In this document: positions 25,942-39,196 of the stretch, piece by piece | How the letters are laid out: each line of letters opens with the position of its first letter | How positions within the stretch are numbered: position 1 is the first letter of the stretch | Virus record (IMG/VR): IMGVR_UViG_3300044451_000273 | Span: 1-55,714 of that record | DNA length: 55,714 nt | Source of the DNA: a virus | Lineage: Duplodnaviria > Caudoviricetes | Reading direction: 5' to 3' (one strand) | Translations under genes and position numbers: made by a program | Notes under the pieces: model-generated | What the model was told of the DNA's origin: nothing | The model's database searches: none | Seen by the model: only the letters and a program-made list of their open reading frames with translations

Positions 25942-28900
25942 ATGAAAACCTATTTACTTAGCTTCGTTACTTCAGACTTTTCTAAAAATGAAAAAGTTTG
26001 GAGTACTGCAGCTATTGACCTATATGCGAATAAATACTACACAAACTATTCATATAAAAGATCAACTACAGGTTTAAACTCATTATCTGATTATGTATTT
26101 ACCGGAACAAAAGTCATACCAGGCGCAACTCCAACCATAAGTGGGGGGCTTGAAGTAACCGACTATCGGAGAGATTGTAGAAGACTCCAATCTAATGCGA
26201 TATTTCGTATTTGGTTCAGATTCTTTTCAAAATGGAAATTTTGTTTTTGATCCCGACACAGTTTCAACTTCAACGCCAATTTTTACGGCGGATTCGGTTG
26301 TTGATAAAACTTCAAGGTTTGTTGACACGTCCTCACGAATAGACATTAGAACCTTTAAAGGAGCATTTTCGTCTTCACTAAATAGTATTGAAAACATAAC
26401 TTTCACTTTAAATGTTTATGAGTCAGATACAATAGATGGACCGTATTTTCTTTCTACTACTGCGCAATCAGACGCAATTGCCACAATGTTATTGTCAAAA
26501 AATACTAAGCGATACGCAAAATTTGAAGTTGCAGTAGATACTGAATTAACAGATTTGAGTGCACTATCGTTTATTCTTCTTGTGGAAGTAGCAATAGCAG
26601 ATCCAATTTCTCCAGTTCTTTCTCAAGCTAGTAAAAATATACTTAAAAAGTTTCCATCATGGATGTCTCTACATAAAGACTCATTTGATCAAGCAACACC
26701 AAGTCTATATACGCCAGTAACAAATGCTAGCAAATATATAAATGCGATTGTTGGACAAGAATTAGATAATTTTGATAGAGAATTAGACTTACTAAAAATA
26801 AACCCTTATATTGGAAGGGCAAATGAGGATCAAATAGCTTGGATTTATTCTTCAACAAATGTTAATGCAACTTTTCACAAAATACTTGGTAATGATGTTG
26901 AGCTAGTCAGAATAGATAATTTATCCGATTTCTTAAAATCAAAAAAAACAGACTATGTTTTTTATCACAATCCAATTAATAGAGAAATATTAACGCTGCA
27001 AAAGTATATTTTTTTGCAGGCAAAAAATGAAAACTCTGGTCTAACAAACCTTAATCAGATACCGCTTAAAGTATTTAATTGGTTTGACGAGTTAGGTTTG
27101 AGAGTCGGTATTTATCGTCTTTATTTAGAGGAAAACTCTTCGTTTAAAGAAAGAATACTTGACGTCTTTAAAAATCCAGTAGGCATCGATGTTGAGTCAT
27201 TTAAAAAAACTCTCAGAAGAGAATTGAATATTTGGAAAGCCTATGGCGTTGAGCCTAGTTCCAGCTATGTGGGTGCTACTCCAGAAATATTGGAGATGTC
27301 AGATATTACTAATTCTACTCCGTACTTTACCGCCGACGGTAATTCTACAGATAATTTTAGAAAGCTTGTTGAAGAACTTAATATTAAATATCCAAATAAC
27401 TGGGGTTACTTTAAATTTGATGATGCGATATGGGACTACGCTGGTCTAAATCAAGAGGGAGTGGGAAAACTAACAGCTCATTATCTTGACTCAGATATAA
27501 AGATTCCATATTATCAACCAGGAGTCGGAGATCAGGATGATTTATCTTTCTCGGTAAGACAGACAGACGCAACACCAGTTTATTTTACAACATATTTGAT
27601 GGCAAAAGGTAAAAGATATGCAGGTCCCAATCCAGGCTATTTCCCCGTTCATGCACAATTGGAATATTACTCAGATTATTCAATTAAAGAATACAACAAT
27701 CCTCCAGCTACTATAAATTATACTCTCGAATTTGATACAGCACCGCACGGCATATACGCAACGCCAACAGTTTTTTATGCGCCGCGCGTTATTTATCCGA
27801 AAAATAACAGAACTGCAGAGCGGAACAGATAAAACCATAGACGAATGGACGTCTTACAGTATATTTAATACAGAGGGATTTACTTCAACTGATTTAGTAA
27901 TAAAAGAAAAAGCAACATTAAAACCATATGTTAATACTGTCAATAATGTTTCAATACCTAATATTGATATTAATAATTTATCAAATGTCACCCTTAAGCT
28001 TGGGTTATGGAATGGCTCACAGTATGCTACGCCGCCCACTTATGATTCTTTTAAAATTAGATTTTCTAATCAGCCATCAGACGTTCTGCAGTATAATTCA
28101 TATACGTCTTTAATATCATCTGGTCCAAATTTAAATCCCGACATAGTTGTTCAGGCGGTTTCAAAGCTTTGGTCTTTGAAAACAAAATCAAAACAAACAT
28201 CCAAAAATCTTGATACCATAGTAATAAATTCAGAAGAATCATCCCCTGCAGTTAAGTATTTTATAAATAAAGATCGAATATTTAATAATATTGTTTATCC
28301 TCGTGGTGCAACTCCAGGATATATATATATAAAGAATGTTAAACCAAGACTTCTTGCTGCCATCGGTTACGTGGAAGATTCTTCCTCGTTCTCTGGATAT
28401 GGTGGAATGACATACGATCCAACTATTCATTCTTTTATTTATGTTCCATCCTCGCCAAATATTAGGGTTAGTGTCGTCGGTGATTCGACGACAGCAGATC
28501 AATATTTTTCAAATATTAGCTATCCATATTCCGCTACTCCAAGCTCAATTTCATTGGAGCTTGTTGATGGAGGGAACTATCCTGTAAAAGTTCTTAATTG
28601 GACTCCGTTTATTGCATTATCTGATCGAATTAGTGGATATATAGATGAACATGGTTATGTGGGATATAAAAATAAAGATGGGGAGTTTGTTCCCAGTAAA
28701 AATTCAGACACAATCATTATCCCAGAAATAACTAGGGAAACATTTGGAATATCTGGTTCTTCTAAGTTTCAATACTATTTTGAAAGTATTTCAATAATCG
28801 ACCCTGCAGATACCGATGTTTTAATTTGGTCAGAACAGAAAATTATAGCTCCCTTTTTGAATAAAAATTATGTATTAAAAGCTAATAATATAAATTCGAT

Positions 28901-30659
28901 AATTAATGACCCTCTGTATGCTTCCAAAAATATAAATTATCCAACAAATTCAATTAAAGAAACGTATAATTCAGAAAGAAATACTACCGTATTCACCAAT
29001 TTTATTGCTCGAGGTCGTCTGTATGACGCAAAGTTAGAAGCCAGGGTGAACACTGGCTGGCTTCATGTCGACAATGACGAATATTACGTCTTCGCCAAAC
29101 CGAAAAAGGAAAAGTTTACTGGCAAACTAAAAGAAATTTCATTGTCCTCTGTCGCAGAATCGGGAGCTCCCATCTGCCTTAACGTATTCAAGAGTGATGA
29201 ATCCACTCCGCATATAAACTATATTGAAACAGCTTTTGTAGACTACGCAACGCCGAGACAATTTGGTTTTTACAATAAGGAAAATATAAAACCATCTTTT
29301 GATGATTCTTTTTACCTTTCATACTTTGACGTATATGGGGCCAAAATTGTTGATGGTGTGACTGGAAAAACATTATTTGAGGATTTGGCATCGGACACCA
29401 ATATTCTTTCTGTGGACAGTTCTACTCCGATTTTTAATCCTAATAGAAATTACGAAATTACGTATAGAGTAAAAAATTCTTATTATGTAGATAATGTTAT
29501 TTCTGGCCCGCTGCAATACTCGAAGCTCGTATTTGATGCCACGCCCAGCACCCCCCTTGTTTATGAAATTACTTACGAAATGGACAAATATGAGCAAAGC
29601 ACTCCGATAGGAATAAACTTTGGAGAAACATCATCGCTACTCGATAGCGGTTACGTAATTGCTTCCGCAAAAGAATATCCATTTAAAAAAGCGCAGGTCA
29701 AAATTTCTCCACACAATCTAATGGATGACGGTAAAGATTTCATAACCATATCAATAATATCACTAGACACAAACAACAATCCCAAACCGTTTCAAACTTT
29801 TATTCTTTCTGATGATCATCTCAATTTCAGTTCAAAAGTAGTAAAAACTAACGCAGAGGGATACGCCATAGTAACGGCTACCTACTCTGCGGCTACTCCG
29901 ATTCAGGGTAAACTCAAAGGGTTAATCAGAATTATTGGAGCTGAGTCAACATCAACTCCAGGCTATTGGCAATTTGATAGAGAGTACCCTTACAGTATAA
30001 ATTCTAGTTACAAACAAAAAAATCATTCTATTTCGACCGCTGCGGATCCATCTGTGGTTAAGGCAGATGGGGTGTCTTCTGTTTATATAGATGGAGTTGC
30101 GGAAAGTAATAATATTCCGCAGAAAAACGCCGTAATTTATTGGAGAAAAGCCAGAACACCGCACGCTGCGCTTGAGGCTCAAGAGTATTCTTCTTCATCT
30201 AATTTTTCAGGATATTCTGGAATAGTTTTAACAGACAACAACGGAAGATTTTCAATAGGACCTATAGTTAGTCAATCAAGATCAAATCCAGGCTACTGGT
30301 ACGTAGTTGCAGAATCGGAATTTAAAAATACATATTCATCCCAGGCTACGCCAGTCGCTGGAGATATATCGTATTGGTATGAATCTTACGATAATGTTGA
30401 TTTAAACTATGTATCTGATCTTAAAATGGTAGATGTGGTTAATTTTAATAATCAAGAATCTCTCAATATATACTCAACTCCAAGCTTTATAACCAGTTAC
30501 TATGATGAGCAGTTGGTTTCATATTCTGGAGCTACCCCCAGATGGATTCCACCAACATGGCTGCCAACATCAAGGTATGAGCAGTATCAGGCAGGATTTC
30601 TGGGTTCAACTCCATATTTTATATCCGAGTATCGTAATCTAAAGAAAGATTATCAATAA
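25942..30659 (+). CDS. Large baseplate/tail structural protein, about 1571 aa, two +1 recoding sites, Ig-like segments near the C-terminus
   Basis: AGGAG RBS precedes 25942. The gene is joined via CGG at 26167 and 27821. It contains WFDELGLRVGIYRLYLEENSSFKERILDVF (baseplate wedge-like) and DGKDFITISI..KTNAEGYA / KADGVSSVYI (invasin Ig-like). Its stop overlaps the next start (TAATG). Confidence 0.65.
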
Positions 30660-33600
30660 TGGTCAAACCACTCAACTCAAGTTCAAATATTGTTTTTAAA
30701 AAAACAAACACTCTACCAAATGATGATCATTCTGTTGGCTTAGCTTGGTTTTCCTCCAAGGTTACCAGTCCGGCAAATAATCTCTCAATTACGGATTTAT
30801 CCGGATTTATTCCAGAGAACGCCTATAACACAGAAATTAATTCAAATCCTAAAATTGCAAGAAGTAAATTGGTGTTTGCCAATGAGTTAGGTATTTTAGA
30901 AAACGAAAATGGAAATACCATTTTTGATTGCGATGATGTTAGTATATCTGATGTATTTTTGAATCAGCCAACCTTAGACAAAAAATATACGATAGCTGAA
31001 ATTAATAATAAAGCGTTTGCTCATTCCTATTATATCTCTAGATATTACACCATGCTTCCAGTCGACTATTTTTTGATAGACGATCTTGATTCTTTTATAG
31101 AAGAAAATAAAATTCCAAAATCAATTAGGGTTTTGGACGAGAATGGACAGGAATATATAGACGCTAATACTGGATTAAAAAAATACAGAATATTACTTGA
31201 TCAAGTTAGAGAACAGATATATGAAAATAGATCAAATCGTCCATACAAAATAATTGTATTTTTTTCCGATCCAAATCCAATAAATCTTCAGCTTGTTTAC
31301 GACAGGGTAGCGCTATCTTCTACGGAGTCAATATCCTCGGTGATACCACAGTATAAAGAAAATATAAATACTGTAAGTATTTTCAATAAAGTTTTTGAAG
31401 AATCTATTGCCGTCGATAATTCAATGAGAAATAAAAAAATATTTTCTAAAAAATCAATTACATTTAAAAATAATATCATTGGCAATAATTCATCGGCAGA
31501 TGGGTTTGAGATAGTGGTTCCCAAAAAGGCAACTTCAGACAATAGAACTTATGAAACATTTAACTGGAGATTGATAACGAAGATTTTGAAAAAAGTAGAT
31601 GTTTCTTCTGTTAACGGTGAAGAAGAGATAGATTCGGAATCAAATATTAAACAAAAAGTAGTAAATTGTGCAGTACTATGCACCACAGCTCAACTTTCGG
31701 AAATGACATCTTCTGGCAATTACAGTTCGGCGAATCCTTATGTTTTTTACAGACTTCAACAGTCTCCATATAATCTATCAAGATATTCTTACGTTAATCC
31801 AATTGGATCTGGCACAAATAATTTCGCTATTTATTGGTTGGTTTCAATTGATCAAGTAACGAATGATCAGCTATCTTCTTTTGATATTTTAGCTTGGTCA
31901 CCAGTTTCTGCTATAACACAAGAGCAGGGACAAAAAATTAAATATTTTGTCGAAAATACACAGGGTACAATTATACTTGATTTATCTGGAGCATCTGGTG
32001 GAGCAGAAAATGTAGATGCATCTCTAAGTATTTCAAGTACTTCATATCCATTAAATAGTTGGAGTTACAATACTTCAAATGTTTTTTTGGATGAAAAGAA
32101 AAATGGTGCGTGGCCAATAAGTGCTTCAATTTTTAAAAATGTGAACATAAATTCGGTTAATCATGATATTTATTCTATATTTGGTAGAAATAATATTGGC
32201 TCGTTGAGTTTGGGTTTAACAAATTATAAGACAGTAAAAGAATTTACCGGTTCTTATTCTCAGTCAAATATAGTTTTAAAAAACTCTAGAGGTAATCCTC
32301 TTTTTGTGGGATTCAGTTATGTGAATACAACCGATGCTCTCGTGAAGGGCAATATCTTGGCAACAACATGTTCATTCCTAAAGTATTGCAGTGACATATA
32401 TCAGCCTTCTGCAGTATTTGACATAGCTATGGCAAATTCCAATAACGTTTCAATAAACCAAGACCCATTTGTTGCTACGTCTGCGGTGGAACGGACCGTT
32501 TAAGCTCGTGTATAATGCCGTTTCTGTTGCTCTTACCTCAAGAATATTTTCTGCAAAAACTAAAGATGTTAGAGCTTCTTGTTATTATTATGTTTCAGAT
32601 TGGAACAGTTCTTATGTTATAAATCAAAATGTTTTGTTGGATGATGAAAAAATATCTAGTTATAACTTGATAAAAGATTTGAATGGAAAGTTAAACTACG
32701 CCAAAAATATAACACCATCAATTGAATCATTGTTAGATTTTTATAAAAAATCTGTTTATAATTATTTGTCAGACCAATACTCTATTGCGCTTCAGGAAAT
32801 AGATACTTCAAATATAGAGTTTTATGTTGAGGTAACAAATCCAGATGTTTTAATATCTAATTCAACAAAAATCATCCAAAACAGCACTGTCGCTCAAGAC
32901 GTGGTAGAAATACCAACATCGTATACCCTACACAAAGTTGATGAAGGTTCAATACAAGCCCCCCTATACGCCTATACTAATGCTCCTTCCGCTGAGTTTA
33001 AAATTCCTAGTGGTTTTGGCGCGTATGTTATAAAAGAGAGAGTATATAAAAGTTCTTTAGTAACTCAAGATAGTTTGTCTAGTAAAATTTCATCCAGAAA
33101 TATTTATCAATCTTATCCATTTAAGTTTTCTATATTTAATTCTTACGTTCAGTCAACTGAGTCCCCCACCTTATTTAGTGCTAGTTGGTCAGCAGAAATA
33201 ACTGCCACGTATGATGCCGTTATGCAAAGGCAGGAGTTTTTTGAAATAGAAGGAACTGTAGTTACAACACCACGGAACTCAACTGCCACGGAACTCAACT
33301 GCCCGGAACTCAACTGCCTGGAACTCAACTGCCAGATGAGGAAGTACCCGTAGATGAAGTATGGTCTGAAACAAAAACCGATAGGGATATTGAGCCAGAC
33401 CCCTCTCAAACCGAAATGTATGCAGCTAACGATGATAGATTAAATGGGGAATATCGCGTAAGCGGTACGCGTCACTATGTGTACACAAGGGATCTTAATC
33501 ATGGCAATACTTTTAAAAATTATAAAGTTGGTCAAAGTGGAATGCTTCCTGAATATGTTGCCTATATACAAATAACACTTAGGGAAGCCAAACTAGCTAA

Positions 33601-36539
33601 CGATAATTTGTCAGATTGTCCATTAACCAGAGTATACGATCAGGGAACAGCCGACGCAGTGCTTAAATTTCAACAGGTATACAAAGCAAGAGTTAAAGAC
33701 GGTATTGTTGATAGCGAAACAAAGTCTCTTTTTGCAAGAGAGGTTTGGAAAAAGATGCTGCAAAGAGATAATACTAGATATCAGGCGGTAGTTAGTCGCA
33801 TAAAAGAAAGTAATAACAAAGACTGTATAAAATTTATAGAACATGCGGCTACCACTGTTGAAATATGGGAATTGAAAAATACCGACCTTACTTTTCAAAA
33901 AATAAGCTATACAGGAAATGCCTTGGGTGATCCAATCTCAGATATTATTTACGTAGCAGTTCCTGGAAGATATAGGACCTCATCTGTAAAAGACGTTAAA
34001 ATAGAAAGCATAAACGTATATGCAGGCTCTTTTAACGGAGCTCCTTCCTACAGGGGGATAGCAATAGAGGAGATTAGGGGATATGCTTTTAATATAAATA
34101 CCCAAACTGCGGATTACTCAAAATCACAATTAATTAAGGGTAAAACAGATTATTTTACCGTGTTCCATGGAACAGATGTTGGTAAAACACTGGCTGAATC
34201 TGGAGTTTTTTCTATAAAATTAAAAGGTAGCTTATTGGGTGGCGTATTTGGTATGGCTGAAGGATACGCAATAGATAAAATAAGTTTTGTTATTAGTTAC
34301 AAAGAAAAAATTAGTGACAAAACAACTAAGAAGGTTCCAGGTCAGTTTATTCCAGGTGCGTTTATTCCAGGTGAGTTTATTCCAGGTGAGTATATCCCGG
34401 GTGAGTTTATCCCAGGAACTACCACGATTGTGGGCGGCGGTTTCCGGATATAATCCAACCACAGTTACAAAACCGGCAACTATTACGTATAAAATATCTG
34501 GCGAGGTGCAAAACATTTCTCCCAACAGAACAGAAATTATTGATCTTAGCGGAATAAAATCAGTAAAGTTTAAAACAGAGCCATTATCAATAAAATATCC
34601 AACATTTTCTGGAGATGCAGTTATAGATTTACGAAATACAAACATTGACTTTAGCTCAAAAGAATACAGGCCCCCCTTTACACCATTTTCTGATCCGACA
34701 CAAGGCGCAACGCCTACATTTAAAGATGAATCAATAAAAATAGATCTTACTTCTAGTAAATCTATTTCAATAGATCCAACTACCTTATCTGTTTCAAATG
34801 TTTTGTCGGGAACAAGAAATCCCGCTAATTCCTCGTCCGTAGTTGCAACTTTATCTAATAATAAATTACTGTTTGAAACATCTTCTTTAAATTATCAAAA
34901 TTCAAATATTATAAAAAGTTCTGTTACACAACTAAACAATTTTTGGCTATTGAGATCAGATGGCTCACTAATTAAAAAAACAAAAAATTCAATCAGTGTT
35001 TTAGATGGACTCCTAATGTTGTGTGAGCCAAGCCAGAATTCTGATAAAATTGGTAAACCCTATGGAATCAGTTTGCAGTCTTTTGTTAGCAACAATTCTG
35101 CGAACAATGAATTTAATGTAGACTATGGTGCGTTTGTTTTGCAGAACGAGATTTCAGATAATGGTGGATTTTTATACGGATTTTATGATAAATTTAGAAA
35201 AGAGTTTATTGGAAAAACTTTGTATTATGTTGATTACATTTCGAGAGGTCCAGAAAATATCTATGTTGCAGTAATGGCAACAGATGCAGACGGCAATGTG
35301 GGTGGATCTGATTTTTTGGGTGCTAAAACATTTGGAACAATAACTCCTCCGATAGCACCAGTAAAAATAGCATGTCCGATTTACCACTCCCAGTATGTTC
35401 CATCTTCAAAAATTTCCCTTTCATCTATTCCGCCGAATTTATCAAAGCTAGATCAATGGCCGTTATACGTCACCTCAGGTTCTTTTGCAAAAGAATTTTA
35501 TGTTGATTCAGATTATGGTTATGTTAGTTGGTTACAAAGATATGATGGAAAAAATATTAGGGCCATATATTCTACCCTGGACGTATCAAACGTCTTGTGG
35601 TCAGAAATACTTGGTCAACCGTATGTAGATATACTTAATGAGTATCCAAATTTTCTTTCTTCTAGAAAAATACAATTATCACAAACTCCCATAGCATCAT
35701 ATATCGAGCCGTCGGTCAATAAGCTTGGTCTATTAAAGCAATATTTATTTATAGAAATAAGAAAATCAGACTCAGTTGAATGGGAGCTATTGAGCGCTTC
35801 GTTTATAAGAAATGTAAATTGTCATACTGGTGTAATTGATTTATTAATAGATTTACCCCAAGACCCTGATTTAGTCAGAGTTTCTTACGCTGTTAGATCA
35901 AGCGGTATTCCAATCAAGCAGGTAAATGGCGTTCCAATTCCACTAAATCCATTCTTAAATCAAGAAACAGTAGAGCCAGAAAAGCCACTCTATATTTATA
36001 TAAGGCCTTCAAGAGTAGAAGTCCGACAAGAGATACGCTCTTTTGGTCAGGATAGTCCTATATACGTATGGAATCATGTTCCAGAATATGAATTTCACGG
36101 AGTTGTTCATTTTACGTATGATAACAGTATTTTTAATCGATACGATAGTGCAGTTTACGATCCGTTGGCTCTTCAGATAGGTTTAGTTCATGTTGTGAAG
36201 AATATTCCAGAATCTGGTATTGATATAATTGATCTAAGAGTTAGAGGTGGAGGTATAAAATCTACTTATGATAAGTCTGTAAATGTAGATTCATATGGGT
36301 CTTTAGATCTTGAAAAAATATTTAAAGAAACAAAAGAAGCTATATCGTTTTGGGATGTGTATCCGCCAGATCAACAGGCTTATCCAAAGGGCGGATTTAT
36401 AATAATTAAACTTCCTAGAGCTATTTTAAATAATTTTCCGAATAAAGAAGATGTATATTCTATAATTAGAAAAAACATAACAGCTGGTGTTGTATTCAAA
36501 ATACAAGACATGGAAGGAAACGATTGGATTACGGTCTAA
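30659..36539 (+). CDS. Large tail structural protein with internal peptidoglycan-binding domain, about 1958 aa, four +1 recoding sites
   Basis: Track ORFs 30659-32503, 32469-33353, 33416-34453 and 34287-36539 join via CGG at 32492, 33273, 33289 and 34445. It contains a PG_binding_1-like motif V.YIQITL...YDQGTADAVLKFQ..KDGIVDSET. Confidence 0.65.
33270..33334 (+). repeat. Tandem repeat, 4 x GGAACTCAACTGCCN (PGTQL)
   Basis: Four 15-nt units are directly visible. The first two are each preceded by one extra C (33273, 33289). Confidence 0.95.
34337..34417 (+). repeat. Tandem repeat, 5 x 15 nt encoding PGx(F/Y)I
   Basis: Translates as PGQFI PGAFI PGEFI PGEYI PGEFI PG. Confidence 0.95.
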
Positions 36540-36542
36540 ATT

Positions 36543-39191
36543 ATGCTTAATTTTCTTCCAGACATAGTAAAAACTTTTTCAGAAAATTCTCAAAGAACCG
36601 TGGGTTCTTTGATAAGAGATATCAGAGTAGATAAAGCGCAGGTCGCTGAACTGGTAAAAAACCTTGCTGAATTTAATTCTGGACCGACCTTCGTTCCAAG
36701 ACTCTCTATATCTAGAGAATTAATTAAATCTGAGTTTTTTGTTGATGTGTTTAGGGATTTTGAAATAAGATTTTCTAGATTTTTCGACGCATCAAACTCC
36801 ATTAATGTTGTGCTAAATTCAATGATGGAAATTATGCTATCTCAAATATCTAAAACAGAAAAGGCTATAGCATACTACGAAAACTATATAAATAATTATG
36901 AATTTATTTCTGGTAAAGATGATCTGTATAATTCTTCTTATGTAGAAAATTTTGATAACAATTTGCGTTCAAATGAATATGAAACACAAAAAGTTCCGTA
37001 TGTAGACAGAGGTGGATTGCCGTTCTCAGATAATGGAAATGGTTACGTTGATCCAGTATCGTCAACATTCAAAATAGGTTCTGGAATTGATAATCTAAAT
37101 ATATTAGACAATATAAAGGAAATAAAAACAATCTCAAACTACGAGCATTATGTTTCATCCAGGAGCGATCCTCAAAGTATGTTCAACGAAGACGATTCAG
37201 ATACTTGGAGTGTTTCGGTAAAATCCCCAATTATTATTAGATCAGCGATGGAGGAAATTTCTAAGTATATAGACTATGATTATTCATATATAGTTGGAGC
37301 TAAAACCATAATAGAAATTTGTTTAATCAAAGAAATTGAAATGGATTTTTTAAGACTATTTCCGGCAGAAAGTAACGGTCTGCAGTTACTACAAGTCGCC
37401 GTGGAAGCAGCAAGTACGGCAGAGAAACTATACTCATTCAATTCCAATAACCCAGTTTCTGGCTATGAGATCAAAAAAATATTAAAGGCTCCTTTATTAT
37501 TAAATTCAACTCTTGATATCAATATACCTCTTAATAGGATTAAAAAAATAATATTAATTTTTAATCAGAGTACATATACTAAACTCAATAATTCGGCATT
37601 AGTAGACGAGTTAATATCTAGATCTATTTCTGATTACATCTCAAAATCTAAAAAAGATAGAAAAAATCGTTACAGCGTTCTTCAAGACATTGTAGTTGAA
37701 TATTTTAGGAAAAACAATTCAATAAACGAATTTAAGAGAAATGATTACTCGTATTCGGAATATTATACATGCAAGTTTCCAATTTATGATAAAAACCATC
37801 CGTCACTTACGGAAAATCAATTTAAAAAAGAAAACAATAATATTGTAGGAATAGACGATTCTAGTCAGTTATTTAAGAATAGTCCATTAACGAACCTAGT
37901 GCAAAGTATAGTTTTTCAGGTTCTAGGGTCTAGAATGAATATATTCAAAAACACATTGTTTAAAGAAACAAAAAGCGCCTATACCGAAAGTACGCTATCG
38001 CAAATTACTAGCGCACCATCATCAATTAAGCAGAATCTTAACACTCTTGGATATAAAGACTTTGAAAACTCATCTAATTACATAATACCAGGATCGCAAT
38101 TCGGAAAAACTCCGCTCCACAACAACAATTCCGCTTCTTTAAATAATTACGAGTATGCTTTTAGTATCAAGGGTATTCATCTTTGCAGAGCCAGCGGCAT
38201 GCAGTCTGGTACTAAAGCATTTTCGTTGGCAAAGGGATGTTACATAAGTTCGAGAATTCCTATTTTGGGGGATGTTTACGGAATAAAGATTAAGCTAAAC
38301 TTGGATGAAAACGAATCTAGTTATAATCTCCCATCCTTTGACCTTCAAGAATTAAATTCATACGAGCTTTCAGTATCTTTTAACGAAAACCCAAAAACAG
38401 AAAACGAATGGATACCAATAGCTTCTTATGATTCGGATGAAATTAAATCGGAAATTCTTTTTATTGACCCATCCAATTTGTCCACTAAACTTCGTTTTTA
38501 TCCAGAAGTTGCGACACTAAAGGTTTTCGAAAATCAAAGGCTATTGAACAGTAATCAATACACCGTAAATAAATTTAATAAATCTATTACCATTAATAAA
38601 TTCAATAAAAATTCTATTTATATTGTTAGTTATAAATTAGATAAAAATAATTATTCACAACAATACATTGATGTCTCTCTTTTGTCAAATCAAATCAAAG
38701 TACTAACTGCTGGGAAGATTGGGGAAAATGGAGAATTCTTCCAAAAAACTGGCCCAGAAAATAGAATAATCTTAAAAAATAATCCACATATCGATACTTC
38801 CAAATTAAAAAACGCCAGTTACAGCCTTACGTACGGTACTATACCAGCTTCAAACTTCTTTGGTTATAGTCCAGTTGTTGTAAAATTTGCAGATGGAACA
38901 TACGCAATTAATTTAACAAATTATATAGACGGAAATTTTGAAAAGGCGAGATTTTATAACACATCAGAAATTTTATTTTTTCAAAATGAAAAAAATATTT
39001 TATTTAATAAACCAATTAATCAGGGATTTAATGTTATATACAATTATATGAATAACTATTTAAGATTTAGATTAATAGTAAGAAACAATTTTCCTAACCA
39101 CTTTTCTACTGGTTCTGTTAATAATGTTATAATTAAAATGAAAATAAAATCTTCAGATATTAATGTTCAAAGATTACTTCAGTTAGGTTAA
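36543..39191 (+). CDS. Virion structural protein (tail), 882 aa
   Basis: Uninterrupted ORF with an N-terminal helical/coiled-coil region followed by beta-rich domains, within the structural cluster. Confidence 0.6.
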   Translation: MLNFLPDIVKTFSENSQRTVGSLIRDIRVDKAQVAELVKNLAEFNSGPTFVPRLSISRELIKSEFFVDVFRDFEIRFSRFFDASNSINVVLNSMMEIMLSQISKTEKAIAYYENYINNYEFISGKDDLYNSSYVENFDNNLRSNEYETQKVPYVDRGGLPFSDNGNGYVDPVSSTFKIGSGIDNLNILDNIKEIKTISNYEHYVSSRSDPQSMFNEDDSDTWSVSVKSPIIIRSAMEEISKYIDYDYSYIVGAKTIIEICLIKEIEMDFLRLFPAESNGLQLLQVAVEAASTAEKLYSFNSNNPVSGYEIKKILKAPLLLNSTLDINIPLNRIKKIILIFNQSTYTKLNNSALVDELISRSISDYISKSKKDRKNRYSVLQDIVVEYFRKNNSINEFKRNDYSYSEYYTCKFPIYDKNHPSLTENQFKKENNNIVGIDDSSQLFKNSPLTNLVQSIVFQVLGSRMNIFKNTLFKETKSAYTESTLSQITSAPSSIKQNLNTLGYKDFENSSNYIIPGSQFGKTPLHNNNSASLNNYEYAFSIKGIHLCRASGMQSGTKAFSLAKGCYISSRIPILGDVYGIKIKLNLDENESSYNLPSFDLQELNSYELSVSFNENPKTENEWIPIASYDSDEIKSEILFIDPSNLSTKLRFYPEVATLKVFENQRLLNSNQYTVNKFNKSITINKFNKNSIYIVSYKLDKNNYSQQYIDVSLLSNQIKVLTAGKIGENGEFFQKTGPENRIILKNNPHIDTSKLKNASYSLTYGTIPASNFFGYSPVVVKFADGTYAINLTNYIDGNFEKARFYNTSEILFFQNEKNILFNKPINQGFNVIYNYMNNYLRFRLIVRNNFPNHFSTGSVNNVIIKMKIKSSDINVQRLLQLG

Positions 39192-39196
39192 ATCAT

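Noticed and set aside
33270-34417. Short repeats as a CRISPR array or DGR elements
   Set aside because: The units are 15 nt, contiguous, have no spacers and encode peptide repeats. There is no cas or reverse transcriptase gene in the window.
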